Source: Prasinococcaceae sp. CCMP 1430 (lineage: Eukaryota; Plantae; Prasinodermophyta). From it: a stretch of 64,000 bases of DNA. The stretch lies in assembly GCA_013416795.1 (NCBI GenBank), contig RQSC01000005.1, positions 65,764-129,763 on the forward strand. Direction: 5' to 3'. Every line of letters starts with the position of its first letter. Within the stretch, counting starts at the first letter, position 1. Positions 44,620-55,525 of the stretch are shown in pieces. The translations under genes were made by a program, and so were the position numbers. Below the pieces are notes generated by a model. That model was given only the letters and a program-made list of their open reading frames with translations. It made no database searches and was not told the origin of the DNA.

Positions 44620-47600
44620 ATGTCGCCCCCTCGTCGCCCCAGCGTCGCGATGCTGGCGGCGATGCTGGGGACTTCGGCGGTGCGTGTGACGCATGCAACC
44701 CTCATGGAGGAAGTGTCCAAGCTGCTGGCCAGCGACGGCGCGGAGCGTGACTACTTCGGCGAGAGCGCGGCGCTCTCGGGCGACTACGCGCTTGTTGGTG
44801 CCCCTGGGGACGCCGACAGCGGCTCCTCCAGCGGCAGCGCGTACGTGTTCGTGCGCTCGGGGACGTCGTGGTCGCAGCAGGCCAAGCTGGTGGCCAGCGA
44901 CGCCGCAGAGCGTGACTACTTCGGCTACAGCGTGGCGCTCTCGGGCGACCACGCGCTTGTTGGTGCCCCTGCGGACTCCGACAGCGGCTCCTCCAGCGGC
45001 AGCGCGTACGTGTTCGTGCGCTCGGGAACGTCGTGGTCGCAGCAGGCCAAGCTGGTGGCCAGCGACGCCGCAGAGGATGACGACTTCGGCACCGTCGTGG
45101 CGCTCTCGGGCGACCACGCGCTGGTGGGCGCTCCTAAGGACGACGACGGCGCCAGCGACAGCGGCAGCGCGTACGTGTTCGTGCGCTCGGGGACGTCGTG
45201 GTCGCAGCAGGCCAAGCTGGTGGCCAGCGACCGCGCGGAGGATGACCGCTTCGGCTACAGCGCGGCGCTCTCGGGCGACTACGCGCTGGTGGGCGCTCCC
45301 AGGGACGACGGCGTTGGCGACGACAGCGGCAGCGCGTACGTGTTCGTGCGCTCGGGGACGTCGTGGTCGCAGCAGGCCAAGCTGGTGGCCAGCGACGCCG
45401 CAGAGCGTGACTACTTCGGCTACAGCGTGGCGCTCTCGGGCGACCACGCGCTTGTTGGTGCCCCTGCGGACTCCGACAGCGGCTCCTCCAGCGGCAGCGC
45501 GTACGTGTTCGTGCGCTCGGGAACGTCGTGGTCGCAGCAGGCCAAGCTGCTGGCCAGCGACGGCGCGGACTTTGACAACTTCGGCTACAGGGTGGCGCTC
45601 TCGGGCGACCACGCGCTGGTGGGCGCTTTTTTGGGCGAAGACGACGGCGGCTCCAAGAACGGCAGCGCGTACGTGTTCGTGCGCTCGGGGACGTCGTGGT
45701 CGCAGCAGGCCAAGCTGGCGGCCAGCGACGGCGAGGAGTATGACTACTTCGGCGGCAGCGTGGCGCTCTCGGACGACTACGCGCTGGTGGGCGCTTACTA
45801 CGACGAAACCGACAGCGGCGACGGCAGCGGCAGCGCGTACCTGTTTGAGCTTCCTCCGCCCCCTCCTCTCCCCCCCCCGAGCCCGCCTCCTCCGAGCCCG
45901 CCCCCGAGCCCGCCTCCGAGCGCGCCTCCTTCGAGCCCGCCGCCGAGCCCGCCCCCGAGCCCCCCTCCGAGCCCGCCTCCGAGCCCGCCTCCGAGCCCGC
46001 CTCCACCCTCTCCTCCGAGCCCGCCGCCGAGTCCCCCTCCGAGTCCTCCGCCGAGCCAGGTCAAGCTGCTGGCCAGCGACGCCACGGACGCTGACAACTT
46101 CGGCGTCAGCGTGGCGCTCTCGGGCGACTACGCGCTGGTGGGCGCTTATTCTGACGACGACGGCGGCTCCGCCAGCGGCGGCGCGTACGTGTTCGTGCGC
46201 TCGGGGACGTCGTGGTTGCAGCAGGCCAAGCTGGTGGCCAGCGACGCCGCAGAGCGTGACCACTTGGGCTACAGCGTGGCGCTCTCCGACGACTACGCGC
46301 TGGTGGGCGCTTATGGGGACGACGACGGCGGCGCCAAGAGCGGCAGCGCGTACGTGTACGTGCGCTCGGGGACGTCGTGGTCGCAGCAGGCCAAGCTGGT
46401 GGCCAGCGACCCCGTGGCGGATGCTTACTTCGGCTGTGCCGTGGCGCTCTCGGACGACCACGCGCTGGTGGGCGCTTTTTGGAGCGACGACAGGAACGGC
46501 AGCGCGTACGTGTTCGTGCGCTCGGGGACGTCGTGGTCGCAGCAGGCCAAGCTGGTGGCCAGCGACCGCGCGGAGGATGACCGCTTCGGCTACAGCGTGG
46601 CGCTCGTGGGCGACTACGCGCTGGTGGGCGCTCCTAATGACGACGGCGTTGGCGACGACAGCGGCAGCGCGTACCTCTTCGTGCGCTCGGGGCCGTCGTG
46701 GTCGCAGCAGGCCAAGCTGGGAGCCAGCGACGCTGCGGCGTATGACGCCTTTGGCACCAGCGTGGCGCTCTCGGGTGACCACGCGCTGGTGGGCGCTCCT
46801 AAGGACGGCGACAATGGCTTCAACAGCGGCAGCGCGTACGTGTTCGTGCGCTCGGGACCGTCGTGGTCGCAGCAGGCCAAGCTGCTGGCCAGCGACGGCG
46901 CGGCGTATGACGCCTTTGGCACCAGCGTGGCGCTCTCGGGCGACCACGCTGTGGTTGGCGTTCCTTATGACGGCGACGTCGGCGACGACAGCGGCAGCGC
47001 GTACCTGTTTGTGCGCTCGGGGCCGTCGTGGTCGCAGCAGGCCAAGCTGGGAGCCAGCGACGGCGCGGAGTATGACGCCTTCGGCACCAGCGTGGCGCTC
47101 TCGGGCGACCACGCGCTGGTGGGCGCTTATTATGACGACAACGACAGCGGCGACGACAGCGGCAGCGCGTACGTCTTTGATCTGAGCCCCTCGAGCCCGC
47201 CTCCGAGTCCACCTCTCAGCCCTCCTCGGAGTGCTCAGCCAAGCCCGCCTCCGAGCCCGCCTTCGAGCTCGCCTCCGAGCCGACCCCCAAGTCTTCCGCC
47301 GAGCCCGCCTCCGAGCTCGCCTCCGAGCCCGCCTCTGAGCTCGCCTCCGAGCCAACCGCCGAGTCCTCCGCCGAGCCCGCCTCAGAGCCCGCCTCGGAGC
47401 CCGCCTCAGACCCCGCCGCCGAGCCCGCCGCCGAGCCCGCCGCTGAGATCTCCGCTGAGAACGCCGCCGAGTTCGCCTCCGAGCCCGCCTCCTCCTCCTC
47501 CCCCGAGCGCGCCGCCTCCCCTGAGCCCATCACCACCACCACCACCACCACCACCACCACCTCCTCCTCCTCCGAGCCCGCCACCGAGCAACTCCGCGCG

Positions 47601-47676
47601 TCACAGCACCGGCGGCATCGGCGGCGGCAGCGTCGTGGTCGCCGCCGCCGCGCTGGCCGCCCTCCTCTTCCTGTGA
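44620..47676 (+). CDS. Secreted, probably GPI-anchored FG-GAP repeat protein: two 7-bladed propellers on Ser-Pro-rich stalks
   Basis: Signal peptide, then 7 repeats of KLxASD...FGxSVALSGDxALVGA...GSAYVF, a (SPPP)n stalk, 7 more repeats, a second (SPPP)n stalk, and a hydrophobic C-terminus with no cytoplasmic tail. Confidence 0.88.
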   Translation: MSPPRRPSVAMLAAMLGTSAVRVTHATLMEEVSKLLASDGAERDYFGESAALSGDYALVGAPGDADSGSSSGSAYVFVRSGTSWSQQAKLVASDAAERDYFGYSVALSGDHALVGAPADSDSGSSSGSAYVFVRSGTSWSQQAKLVASDAAEDDDFGTVVALSGDHALVGAPKDDDGASDSGSAYVFVRSGTSWSQQAKLVASDRAEDDRFGYSAALSGDYALVGAPRDDGVGDDSGSAYVFVRSGTSWSQQAKLVASDAAERDYFGYSVALSGDHALVGAPADSDSGSSSGSAYVFVRSGTSWSQQAKLLASDGADFDNFGYRVALSGDHALVGAFLGEDDGGSKNGSAYVFVRSGTSWSQQAKLAASDGEEYDYFGGSVALSDDYALVGAYYDETDSGDGSGSAYLFELPPPPPLPPPSPPPPSPPPSPPPSAPPSSPPPSPPPSPPPSPPPSPPPSPPPPSPPSPPPSPPPSPPPSQVKLLASDATDADNFGVSVALSGDYALVGAYSDDDGGSASGGAYVFVRSGTSWLQQAKLVASDAAERDHLGYSVALSDDYALVGAYGDDDGGAKSGSAYVYVRSGTSWSQQAKLVASDPVADAYFGCAVALSDDHALVGAFWSDDRNGSAYVFVRSGTSWSQQAKLVASDRAEDDRFGYSVALVGDYALVGAPNDDGVGDDSGSAYLFVRSGPSWSQQAKLGASDAAAYDAFGTSVALSGDHALVGAPKDGDNGFNSGSAYVFVRSGPSWSQQAKLLASDGAAYDAFGTSVALSGDHAVVGVPYDGDVGDDSGSAYLFVRSGPSWSQQAKLGASDGAEYDAFGTSVALSGDHALVGAYYDDNDSGDDSGSAYVFDLSPSSPPPSPPLSPPRSAQPSPPPSPPSSSPPSRPPSLPPSPPPSSPPSPPLSSPPSQPPSPPPSPPQSPPRSPPQTPPPSPPPSPPLRSPLRTPPSSPPSPPPPPPPSAPPPLSPSPPPPPPPPPPPPPPSPPPSNSARHSTGGIGGGSVVVAAAALAALLFL
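44719..47180 (+). repeat. Coding tandem repeat, about 165-bp unit, 7+7 copies
   Basis: Units start at about 44719, 44884, 45049, 45214, 45379 and onward. Units 2 and 5 appear identical by eye. Confidence 0.95.
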
Positions 47677-47705
47677 CTACGACTTCCCCTACGACGTTGC
47701 CGACA

Positions 47706-47879
47706 CTCGTACTGTAATCGCACCCTTTGCAGCCGACACCCGTGCGCTGCAGATGCTGCACACACGCCGCGGCGCGGGTGTGGCCGCGCGCCGCGGCATG
47801 GGTGTCAAGTTTTGGTACACACGCGCGCTACGCAACCTCGCGCTTGCGTCTTCTCGTACTGTGATTGCACCCTTAGCAG
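47706..47879 (+). repeat. Two imperfect 27-bp direct repeats, 147 bp apart
   Basis: CTCGTACTGTAATCGCACCCTTTGCAG (47706) versus CTCGTACTGTGATTGCACCCTTAGCAG (47853), 24/27 identical. Confidence 0.8.
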
Positions 47880-48020
47880 TAGGTACGCTTAGTCTCACAG
47901 GCTTGGAACACCACTCTATTTGTGGCAGCGCACTAGGTCTATGTGCGCAGCTTGCGTGGCGTGACCGGCGCTTACATACTACGCGCGCGCGGACTCTCAC
48001 AACTCCAACGTGCCAAGGCT

Positions 48021-48777
48021 NNNNNNNNNNNNNNNNNNNNNNNNNNNNNNNNNNNNNNNNNNNNNNNNNNNNNNNNNNNNNNNNNNNNNNNNNNNNNNNN
48101 NNNNNNNNNNNNNNNNNNNNNNNNNNNNNNNNNNNNNNNNNNNNNNNNNNNNNNNNNNNNNNNNNNNNNNNNNNNNNNNNNNNNNNNNNNNNNNNNNNNN
48201 NNNNNNNNNNNNNNNNNNNNNNNNNNNNNNNNNNNNNNNNNNNNNNNNNNNNNNNNNNNNNNNNNNNNNNNNNNNNNNNNNNNNNNNNNNNNNNNNNNNN
48301 NNNNNNNNNNNNNNNNNNNNNNNNNNNNNNNNNNNNNNNNNNNNNNNNNNNNNNNNNNNNNNNNNNNNNNNNNNNNNNNNNNNNNNNNNNNNNNNNNNNN
48401 NNNNNNNNNNNNNNNNNNNNNNNNNNNNNNNNNNNNNNNNNNNNNNNNNNNNNNNNNNNNNNNNNNNNNNNNNNNNNNNNNNNNNNNNNNNNNNNNNNNN
48501 NNNNNNNNNNNNNNNNNNNNNNNNNNNNNNNNNNNNNNNNNNNNNNNNNNNNNNNNNNNNNNNNNNNNNNNNNNNNNNNNNNNNNNNNNNNNNNNNNNNN
48601 NNNNNNNNNNNNNNNNNNNNNNNNNNNNNNNNNNNNNNNNNNNNNNNNNNNNNNNNNNNNNNNNNNNNNNNNNNNNNNNNNNNNNNNNNNNNNNNNNNNN
48701 NNNNNNNNNNNNNNNNNNNNNNNNNNNNNNNNNNNNNNNNNNNNNNNNNNNNNNNNNNNNNNNNNNNNNNNNNNNNG
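48021..48777. other. Assembly gap
   Basis: Run of N. Confidence 1.
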
Positions 48778-49735
48778 GGAGGGCGCGATGGGCCGTCGGC
48801 TCGTCCGGTGGTCGGTCCGCGCCGTGCAGCGCCCGCGCGCCCCGTTATGGCGCGGCTCGTAGGCGGCGCGGCACGCCGGCAGCGCTGTGAGAGGACCGGG
48901 GAGGGTTCGAGGTGCGTCCGCGTCCGCGCCCGTGGCGGCTGTGCGCGCGGCGAGGCGAACGCACCGTCAGGGAGAGGAAGGTGCCACCATCACGCAGCCG
49001 GTGTCTACGTCCTCGCGTGCGCTCGTGTACTCGCGCATACGCATACACACAGGGGGGGCAAATGATGAAAAAGTTTGCTATTCTACACGAGATTGCTGAG
49101 GGCCACTTGGCCCTGTGCAGATACTCTGAAACTTATGCTCATCTTGTACGTCAGCCTGCCAGCCGCCCATCCCCACCTGCATGCACGCAAGCGCGCGCAC
49201 GCACCCACCCACCCACGCATGTACACGCACGTGCACACACACAGGCGCACAGCCGCATGCAGCGAGTGCTGACGGCAGTGGGCGCTCTCCCTCACCTTAC
49301 TTCGGCACACGCAGAGGAGCTGATGTTCCCCCGTCGACAACGCAACCGCCGATGCACGCTGCCGAGCACCGAGTGCTCTGAATGCTGACACGTGCTCGCC
49401 CACGCCGCGCAGGTCTTTGCCACCTCCAACTCCACCCGGTGTGTATCCACACCGCCCATAGCTCGATCGCACTCACCTCAACTCCTGCGCGCCTGGCTAG
49501 GCTAGGCGCCCCCACGGTTGCCGTGGCCGTGTCGCAGCAAATGTTTGGTTACGTGTCCGTTGATTTCGCACGGCGCAATCGCCCGGTGGTCGGCATTCAG
49601 GGCGACATGGGGCGCGCGCGCGAAAAATGTTCGATGCCTAGTACACCCCGCAGCTGCAGCACCCCTCGCGCTTCCGCCTGCCCACCGCAGTATAATAAAG
49701 TTTTCCCTGCTCCGTCGCGACGTGATGCGACAAAT

Positions 49736-51364
49736 TTAGTCCCAGCCGCCGCCACCGCCGTAGCCGCCGCCGCCGTAGCCACCACCGCCGTAGCCACCGC
49801 CACCGCCGTAGCCACCGCCGCCGCCGCCGTAGCCACCGCCGCCACCGCCGCCACCGCCACCGCCATAGCGCGCGTCGGTGCCTCCGAAATTTCCGCCGCG
49901 CCTTCCGCCGCCACCCCCGCCACGCCTGCGGCCCCCCCCGCCGCCGCCGAAGCCGCTCCGCGCGGCGAAGTTGGTGAGCCAGCCTGGCACCTCCTGGTTC
50001 GCCTCCGCCATGAGCTCTGCCAGCGCGCGCGCAATGCCAACGTCCTTGTCGGTGAACAGCGCGGTAGCGAGGCCCTGCTTGCCCGCGCGGCCGGTACGGC
50101 CGATGCGATGGGTGTAGTCCGAGATGTCGCTCGGCAGATCGTAGTTGATGACGTGCTTCACGTTGGGGATGTCGAGGCCGCGGGCCGCGACGTCGGTGGC
50201 CACCAGGTACGGGGTCTGACCCGAGCGGAAGGTCTTCAGCGCCCACTCGCGCTCCTGCTGCGTGCGGTCGCCGTGGATGGACGTCGCCGGCAGGCCCGAC
50301 CGCGAGAGCCAGTCCTCGAGCGTGTCCGCGCCGCGCTTCGTCTCCACGAAGATGAGGGTGAGGCCCTCGACCGTGTGCAGCAGGTCCACAAGCATGCCGC
50401 GCTTGTCGTGCGGCTGCACGTACTCCACGTGCTGCACGATGAGGTCCGTCGACGAGCCGACGCGGCCGACCGCGAGGAACACATAGTTGCCCATGAAGTC
50501 CTGCGCGAGGCGCTGGATCTCCTTCGGGAACGTCGCCGAGAAGAGCATGGTCTGACGCTGGCCGACGGGCGGCATGTCCTCGCCGTCGACGATGCGGCGG
50601 ATCTGCGGCTCGAAGCCCATGTCCAGCATGCGATCGGCCTCGTCCATGATGAGGAACATGACGCGGGCCAGCGACACGCGCGCGCGCTCCATGAGGTCGG
50701 AGAGGCGGCCCGGGGTGGCCACCAGGATGTCGCAGCCGCGCTCGATCTCGCGCAGCTGCAGGCCGACCGGCGCGCCGCCGTAGCACACGACGGGGCGGAG
50801 CCCGGTCTCCCAGCAGAACTTGCGCGCCTCCTCCTGGATCTGGCTCGCGAGCTCGCGCGTCGGCGAGAGCACAAGCGCGTAGGGGAACGCCTTGCGGCCA
50901 CGAGGGCCCGGCGGAGGGTTGTTGCGCAGCAGGGTGGCGATCATCGGGAAGCAGAACGCCGCCGTTTTGCCCGAGCCGGTCTGCGCGCACGCCATGAGGT
51001 CGCGGCCGGAGCACGCGATCGGGATCGAGTGCCTCTGGACGGGGGTGGGCTTCTTGTACTTGCAGCGCTGCGCGTTGAGGTACAGCGCGGGGCCGAGCAG
51101 CTCCTTCGCCTCCTCGAAGGTCTCGATGGCGGCCGGCGGCTCCTCCTCGCCGGGCGGCGCGGTCACCTCGACCGGGATGTCCTCGTACGCGTCGAAGTTG
51201 ATGCCGGTGTTCTCGCCGCCGAAGACCTCCTCCTCATCGCCTTCGTCCCTGCCCTGGTTGGCGAAGGGGTTCTCATCGCGCGAGCCCCAGCCGCCGCGGC
51301 GGCGCTCGCCGCCGTACCCGCCGCCGCCGCCGCCGTACCCGCCGCTGCCGCCGTACCGCGACAT
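49736..51364 (-). CDS. DDX3: DEAD-box RNA helicase, DDX3/Ded1 subfamily
   Basis: [16 protein letters not shown] motif, [42 protein letters not shown] and Gly/Tyr/Arg-rich termini. Intronless. Confidence 0.96.
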   Translation of the reverse strand: MSRYGGSGGYGGGGGGYGGERRRGGWGSRDENPFANQGRDEGDEEEVFGGENTGINFDAYEDIPVEVTAPPGEEEPPAAIETFEEAKELLGPALYLNAQRCKYKKPTPVQRHSIPIACSGRDLMACAQTGSGKTAAFCFPMIATLLRNNPPPGPRGRKAFPYALVLSPTRELASQIQEEARKFCWETGLRPVVCYGGAPVGLQLREIERGCDILVATPGRLSDLMERARVSLARVMFLIMDEADRMLDMGFEPQIRRIVDGEDMPPVGQRQTMLFSATFPKEIQRLAQDFMGNYVFLAVGRVGSSTDLIVQHVEYVQPHDKRGMLVDLLHTVEGLTLIFVETKRGADTLEDWLSRSGLPATSIHGDRTQQEREWALKTFRSGQTPYLVATDVAARGLDIPNVKHVINYDLPSDISDYTHRIGRTGRAGKQGLATALFTDKDVGIARALAELMAEANQEVPGWLTNFAARSGFGGGGGGRRRGGGGGGRRGGNFGGTDARYGGGGGGGGGGGYGGGGGGYGGGGGYGGGGYGGGGYGGGGGWD

Positions 51365-51942
51365 GGCCCCCTCCGCGTCGCTCGCTGCGTGTGGCACGTC
51401 CTCCTGCCCCCCTCTCCCCCCCACACGCGCGTCGCCCCCCGCGCGTCGCCCGCCGCGCCCCCGCGCGCGCGCTGTGGTATTTTCCGCGCGCGGCGGCGCC
51501 CGCACCGACGCGACATCGATCGATCGCGACAGCGACAGCGCGTCGTCGGGCGGAATCGAATCGGAATCCGCGCGCTCGCTCGCGCGCGCGCGCGCACTCG
51601 CCCCACCCACCATTCGATGCGATCACCGCGACGCGGCGCGCGCGCGCTTGCGCACGGCCGGGGGGGGTGTTCTGGCAGCTCACCATCGAGCTTGGTGATG
51701 CCCGCGAGAAAGGTGTTGTAGGCGTTCACCGANGGCGAGCGCGCGTGCGAGCACGCGCACTTCGCCTCGGCGGCGGCCGTCGCAGGGGCCGGGGCGGACG
51801 GGGGCCGCGGCGCATGGGAGGCCCAGCTGTCCGAGGAGATGCTACTGTCTTCAGCGCGGCGCCGTTGTGCGCCGCGGTGCGGCGCCGGGGTGCCGCGCGG
51901 ACAAGCAGAGAGTTCGATTGCTCATTAATTTACGCGCGTCTC

Positions 51943-54900
51943 TCAGCCGTCGAGTTCCGCGTAGCAAACGTGCGCACGCCTGCGGCGCCCGGCAAGCACC
52001 AGACCGTTGTCGGTACCTGCCGCGCCAGCCGTGCCACCGCCGCCGCGACCTGCCGCCTTCCGGGCGACGTCCTCGAGTGCCCTTGCTAGCCGCCTGTGGC
52101 GCTTGCGCTTGGACGCTGCCAGCCTGCTGGCGAGCACGGTCGCCGCCTCTGCCGTCGTCGCCAGGGTCTGCCAGCACGAGTCCGTGGCATACATGCCCTT
52201 TATCTCCTTCGCGCTGGCCTCGGCGAGCATGCGCTCGGAACACTCGGGGCAGTACCAGTCCCCCACCGGAATTTTGCGCAAGCCGGCGCAGTCGAAGTGG
52301 CACTCCTTCCCGCAGCCCGACTGCCCCTTGGCATCGCCGCAGATGAGAATTTCATGCAGCCTCTCCGCGCTTCCACACTTGTAGCAGCCTTGGCCTTGGC
52401 CCGTCGTCACGCAGCCGTTCTCGACGAGATGCCCCTGGAGCGCTTCCATTGCGATCCGCTTGCACGGCCCTGCCGAATTTCCCTTGTACACCGTGAGCGC
52501 GTAGCGAAGCCGCTTGGCCACGTCCTCGGGCGGCGGTGGGTCACAGCGGAGAGCGGACTGAATGCCAGACCGAATGCCACCACCCGCGTTGAGCCGCATG
52601 TCAGCCTTGACCATTTGCAGTACCTTGACCCACTCGAGCGAAAGCACGGCACTCGCGTGCGCGCTCAGGTAGCTGCCACCATCGCCCCCGTCGCCCCCGT
52701 CGCTCCCGGTCGGCGCCCCATCTTCCCCACCAGCGCCGCGAAGTGATTCGCAGATAGGCGCAGGCGCATCAGCGCCTTCGTCGCCAGCGGTTGGGTTTGT
52801 TTCTCTCTGTTTGTCAGACGCCCCTTGCTTCTCGGCGCGTGCCTGCGCGTGCGAGGGCGGAAGCGGCTTATCCTCAGTAGCATGCACGCTCGCTTCCTGC
52901 GTTGGACCAGTGGTAGCCAGCGGATGAGGGGGCACGTTCGACCGCCCGTCGCCTGCCACGGTCGTCGACCGCGGCGCAGCCACATCGTAGAGCGCTTCTC
53001 CCGCGCCGCCAGGCGCCACAGCCACGGCAGCGGCCGCGGCCGCGGCCGCCTGCTCGGCGCGTGCGCGCTGCTCGCGTTCCTCGCGCGCCCTCGCCGCCGA
53101 CTGCATCGCCTTGAGCGCGTCGGCGCGCGCCTTGGCAGCGACGGCAGCTGCCGCAGTGCGCTCAGCAGCGCGCTCGGCGGCGGATTTGATAATGAGCACG
53201 CCCTCCTCGTCGGTGGCGCCGGGCGGCACGAGTTGCCGGCACACGCGCACGTCATCGCCGAAGCTGAAGTCGTACCACACCGAGCCATCCACGCTCTCGC
53301 CCAGGACTGGCATGCGGGGATCAATCTCATCGGTGGTTGGCGCCTGCGTCGATCCGCGCCAGTCCTTCGGCCTGCCCGACGGCTTGGCATAGATGGCGGA
53401 CATCACACCGCGGAGCGCGTCGCTGGTGGCCCACTCCTCACACAGCGCCAGCAGCAGTTTCGCACGCGTTCGAAGCGGCAAATCAGAGTAGTCAAGCGAC
53501 GCATCGCCGAACCAGCCGCCCTGGGTGGTGTGCACCGGCCCGCCGCCGAACAGGGGGAGCTTGCGCCCGCTCGCCCACTGGACGAGCAGCGTCTCCCAGC
53601 GCGTCGAGACCTCGCGCAACGGCTTGCCCGCGAGGTCGTACTGTAGCAGGCGATAATGCAACTCGGAAAGTGTGGCGGAGCGGCGCTTAGGGTAGTAGCA
53701 GAAGGCCTTCTCGAGCTCGGCGAGGCTGGCCGCCTTGGCAGGAAGGTTGAGCACGGTGCCGAAGGCGCGCGCGAAGCATGCGATTGCCGCGAGCTCGTAG
53801 CAGCGCTCGGCCACGGCCTCAATAGCCTCCTCCTCGGGATCGCCGAAGATCGGGAGGGGCACAAACCGCTCGGTGAAGGGCTCTCCGTCCGACTCGGACT
53901 CGCTCTCCGGCTCGGGAGGCGGTGCTGGCTCACCCGTCTTCGAGCCTGCCGAGCGGCGGCGGCTCGAGCCCCCTTCGCCGCCGGAGGAGCGCGCCGCGCC
54001 CTTAGCCTTCTTCTCCCCCGTCGCTCCCCGCGGGCCACCGCCCTTGCCCGCTGGCGCGGCCTTCTCAGCCTTGCGCTTCTTTGGAGGCGGAGGCTTGCGA
54101 TAGAAAGGGCCGACGACGGTCGGCTGGCCGTGGATGCCCGCCCCGTTCTGCAAGGCGCGTGCGGTCAGCAGATGCATCGCTGCGTGACCTCGCGCGACGA
54201 TTTGAGCACGGGCGCGCGCATGTGCGCACCTTCCCCCAGATCTTCTTGAAGGCGAGCTCGGCCTCGTCGCACGCGGCATTGACGTCTTCCGTCCGCGGGT
54301 TGAAGGTGCGGCAGTTCGCCCATATGCGCGAGACGTCGGCAAGGAGCTCCGCTGCGCAGGTGTACTCGCATCGTTCAAGCTTCGCCGCTGCGCGCATACA
54401 CGTGTGCGAGCGGGAGCGAGAGCGCGAGACGCAGAGAGAGAGAGAGAAAAATGGAGAGCCGTCAGCTCAGCACGGGTGGCCGCGGTAGTGCGAGAGGCAC
54501 GTGCAAACGTGGCATGTACTTGTGCATGCGCGCGCGCGCGCGCATGGGCGCGCACGGTGCTCGCACATGCGGTGTGCGACACCCGCCATCGCACGCACGC
54601 TGTTCCGTGGCAGAGACGGCAACGCACCAATCTCCGACAGACAGATGGGGTCCTTGACGACCTCTGCGTACCCGGGTAGCTCGCTGACGTCCACCGGGTC
54701 GTTGAAGAACGCGAGGCACGCGCTGTGCTCCATCGTGAGGCGCAGGACACGCCTCGTGAGGCGCTCCCACGCCGGCCGCTTCGCCGGCGGCGCGGCAGCC
54801 ACCGGTCGCGCACGCCGCGCGGGATTTTTTCTCGCACCCCGCGCAGGGAGGGCGCGCGCCCGCTCAGCGCGTGCGCCATCCGCGGCGCGGGGGGAAAAAC

Positions 54901-55033
54901 AGCTCCGAGGCGCCCACGCGCCCACGCCGGAACCGCCCGCGCGTGCGCCCTCGCCCTCGCGCGGGGCACTGTGGCGCCCGCCCCGCACCCCCGCGCCCCA
55001 CACCTCACGCCACCACGACAGGCCCGCACTCAT
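51943..55033 (-). CDS. Chromatin reader: bromodomain + DDT/WHIM-like + MBD9-like segment + PHD finger (BAZ/CECR2/MBD9-like), spliced; start uncertain
   Basis: Split bromodomain FFNDPVDVSELPGYAEVVKDPICL / ADVSRIWANCRTFN; DDT-like YELAAIACFARAF; WHIM1-like YSDLPLRTRAKLLLALCE; LGESVDGSVWY; PHD CYKC...ICG...C...HFDC...GDWYCPEC. Confidence 0.85.
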
Positions 55034-55193
55034 AGCCCATCGCGAAAACCCAAACCCTATCTTAAATCCCAGACAATCCCCCAAACATCCCAATCTCGAA
55101 GCACGACTTCGCACGGCAACCCTAACCCAACGTCCCCCCAAACACCCACGTGCGGCGGCGACCCTTTTTTTTTTTTTTTTAATACTGTACTGT

Positions 55194-55525
55194 ACGTCAG
55201 AACGCATGCATTTGCGTACCCACATACAAACGCATGCATTTGCTTCCATACAGTATGTACGGCGGGACTCCCGTGCGGTAGATCACAACGCAGGCGCTCT
55301 TTTGATTGAGATTATCACGCGCTTTTTCCAGGGGAAAATGCGGCGAAAAAAAGCGCACGTCAGAACGCATGCTTTTGCGCACGCACATAAAAAAGCATGC
55401 ATTTGCGTATGTCCGGCGGGACTCCTGTGCGGTATATCAGAACGCAGGCGCTCTTTTGATTGAGGTTTTCACCCTTTTTTTTCCGTGGGGAAATGCGGCC
55501 GAAAAAAAGCGCACGTCAGAATGCA
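55194..55525. repeat. Intergenic tandem repeat, about 160-bp unit, two copies plus the start of a third
   Basis: ACGTCAGAA at 55194, 55357 and 55513. Each unit carries GCATGCATTTGC, GGCGGGACTCC.GTGCGGTA and AACGCAGGCGCTCTTTTGATTGAG. Confidence 0.9.

Noticed and set aside
44719-47180. Repeat-and-variable pattern resembling a CRISPR array
   Set aside because: The unit is an in-frame 55-codon protein repeat in a eukaryotic gene. There are no cas genes, and repeat and spacer sizes do not fit.
44344-47355. 1003-aa minus-strand ORF and 830-aa alternative-frame ORF over the FG-GAP gene
   Set aside because: These are shadow ORFs of a GC-rich repetitive CDS. They are Arg/Ala-rich and carry no independent motifs.
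47706-47879. 27-bp repeats as a mini-CRISPR
   Set aside because: Only two imperfect copies with a 120-nt spacer, and no cas context.
48888-48890. In-frame TGA as a possible selenocysteine in the putative post-gap gene
   Set aside because: No CxxU or redox motif, no recognisable selenoprotein family and no SECIS identified. The exon model itself is weak.
47753-49065. Long ORFs spanning N runs (also at 28.5 kb and 32.3 kb)
   Set aside because: Artefacts of translating through assembly gaps.
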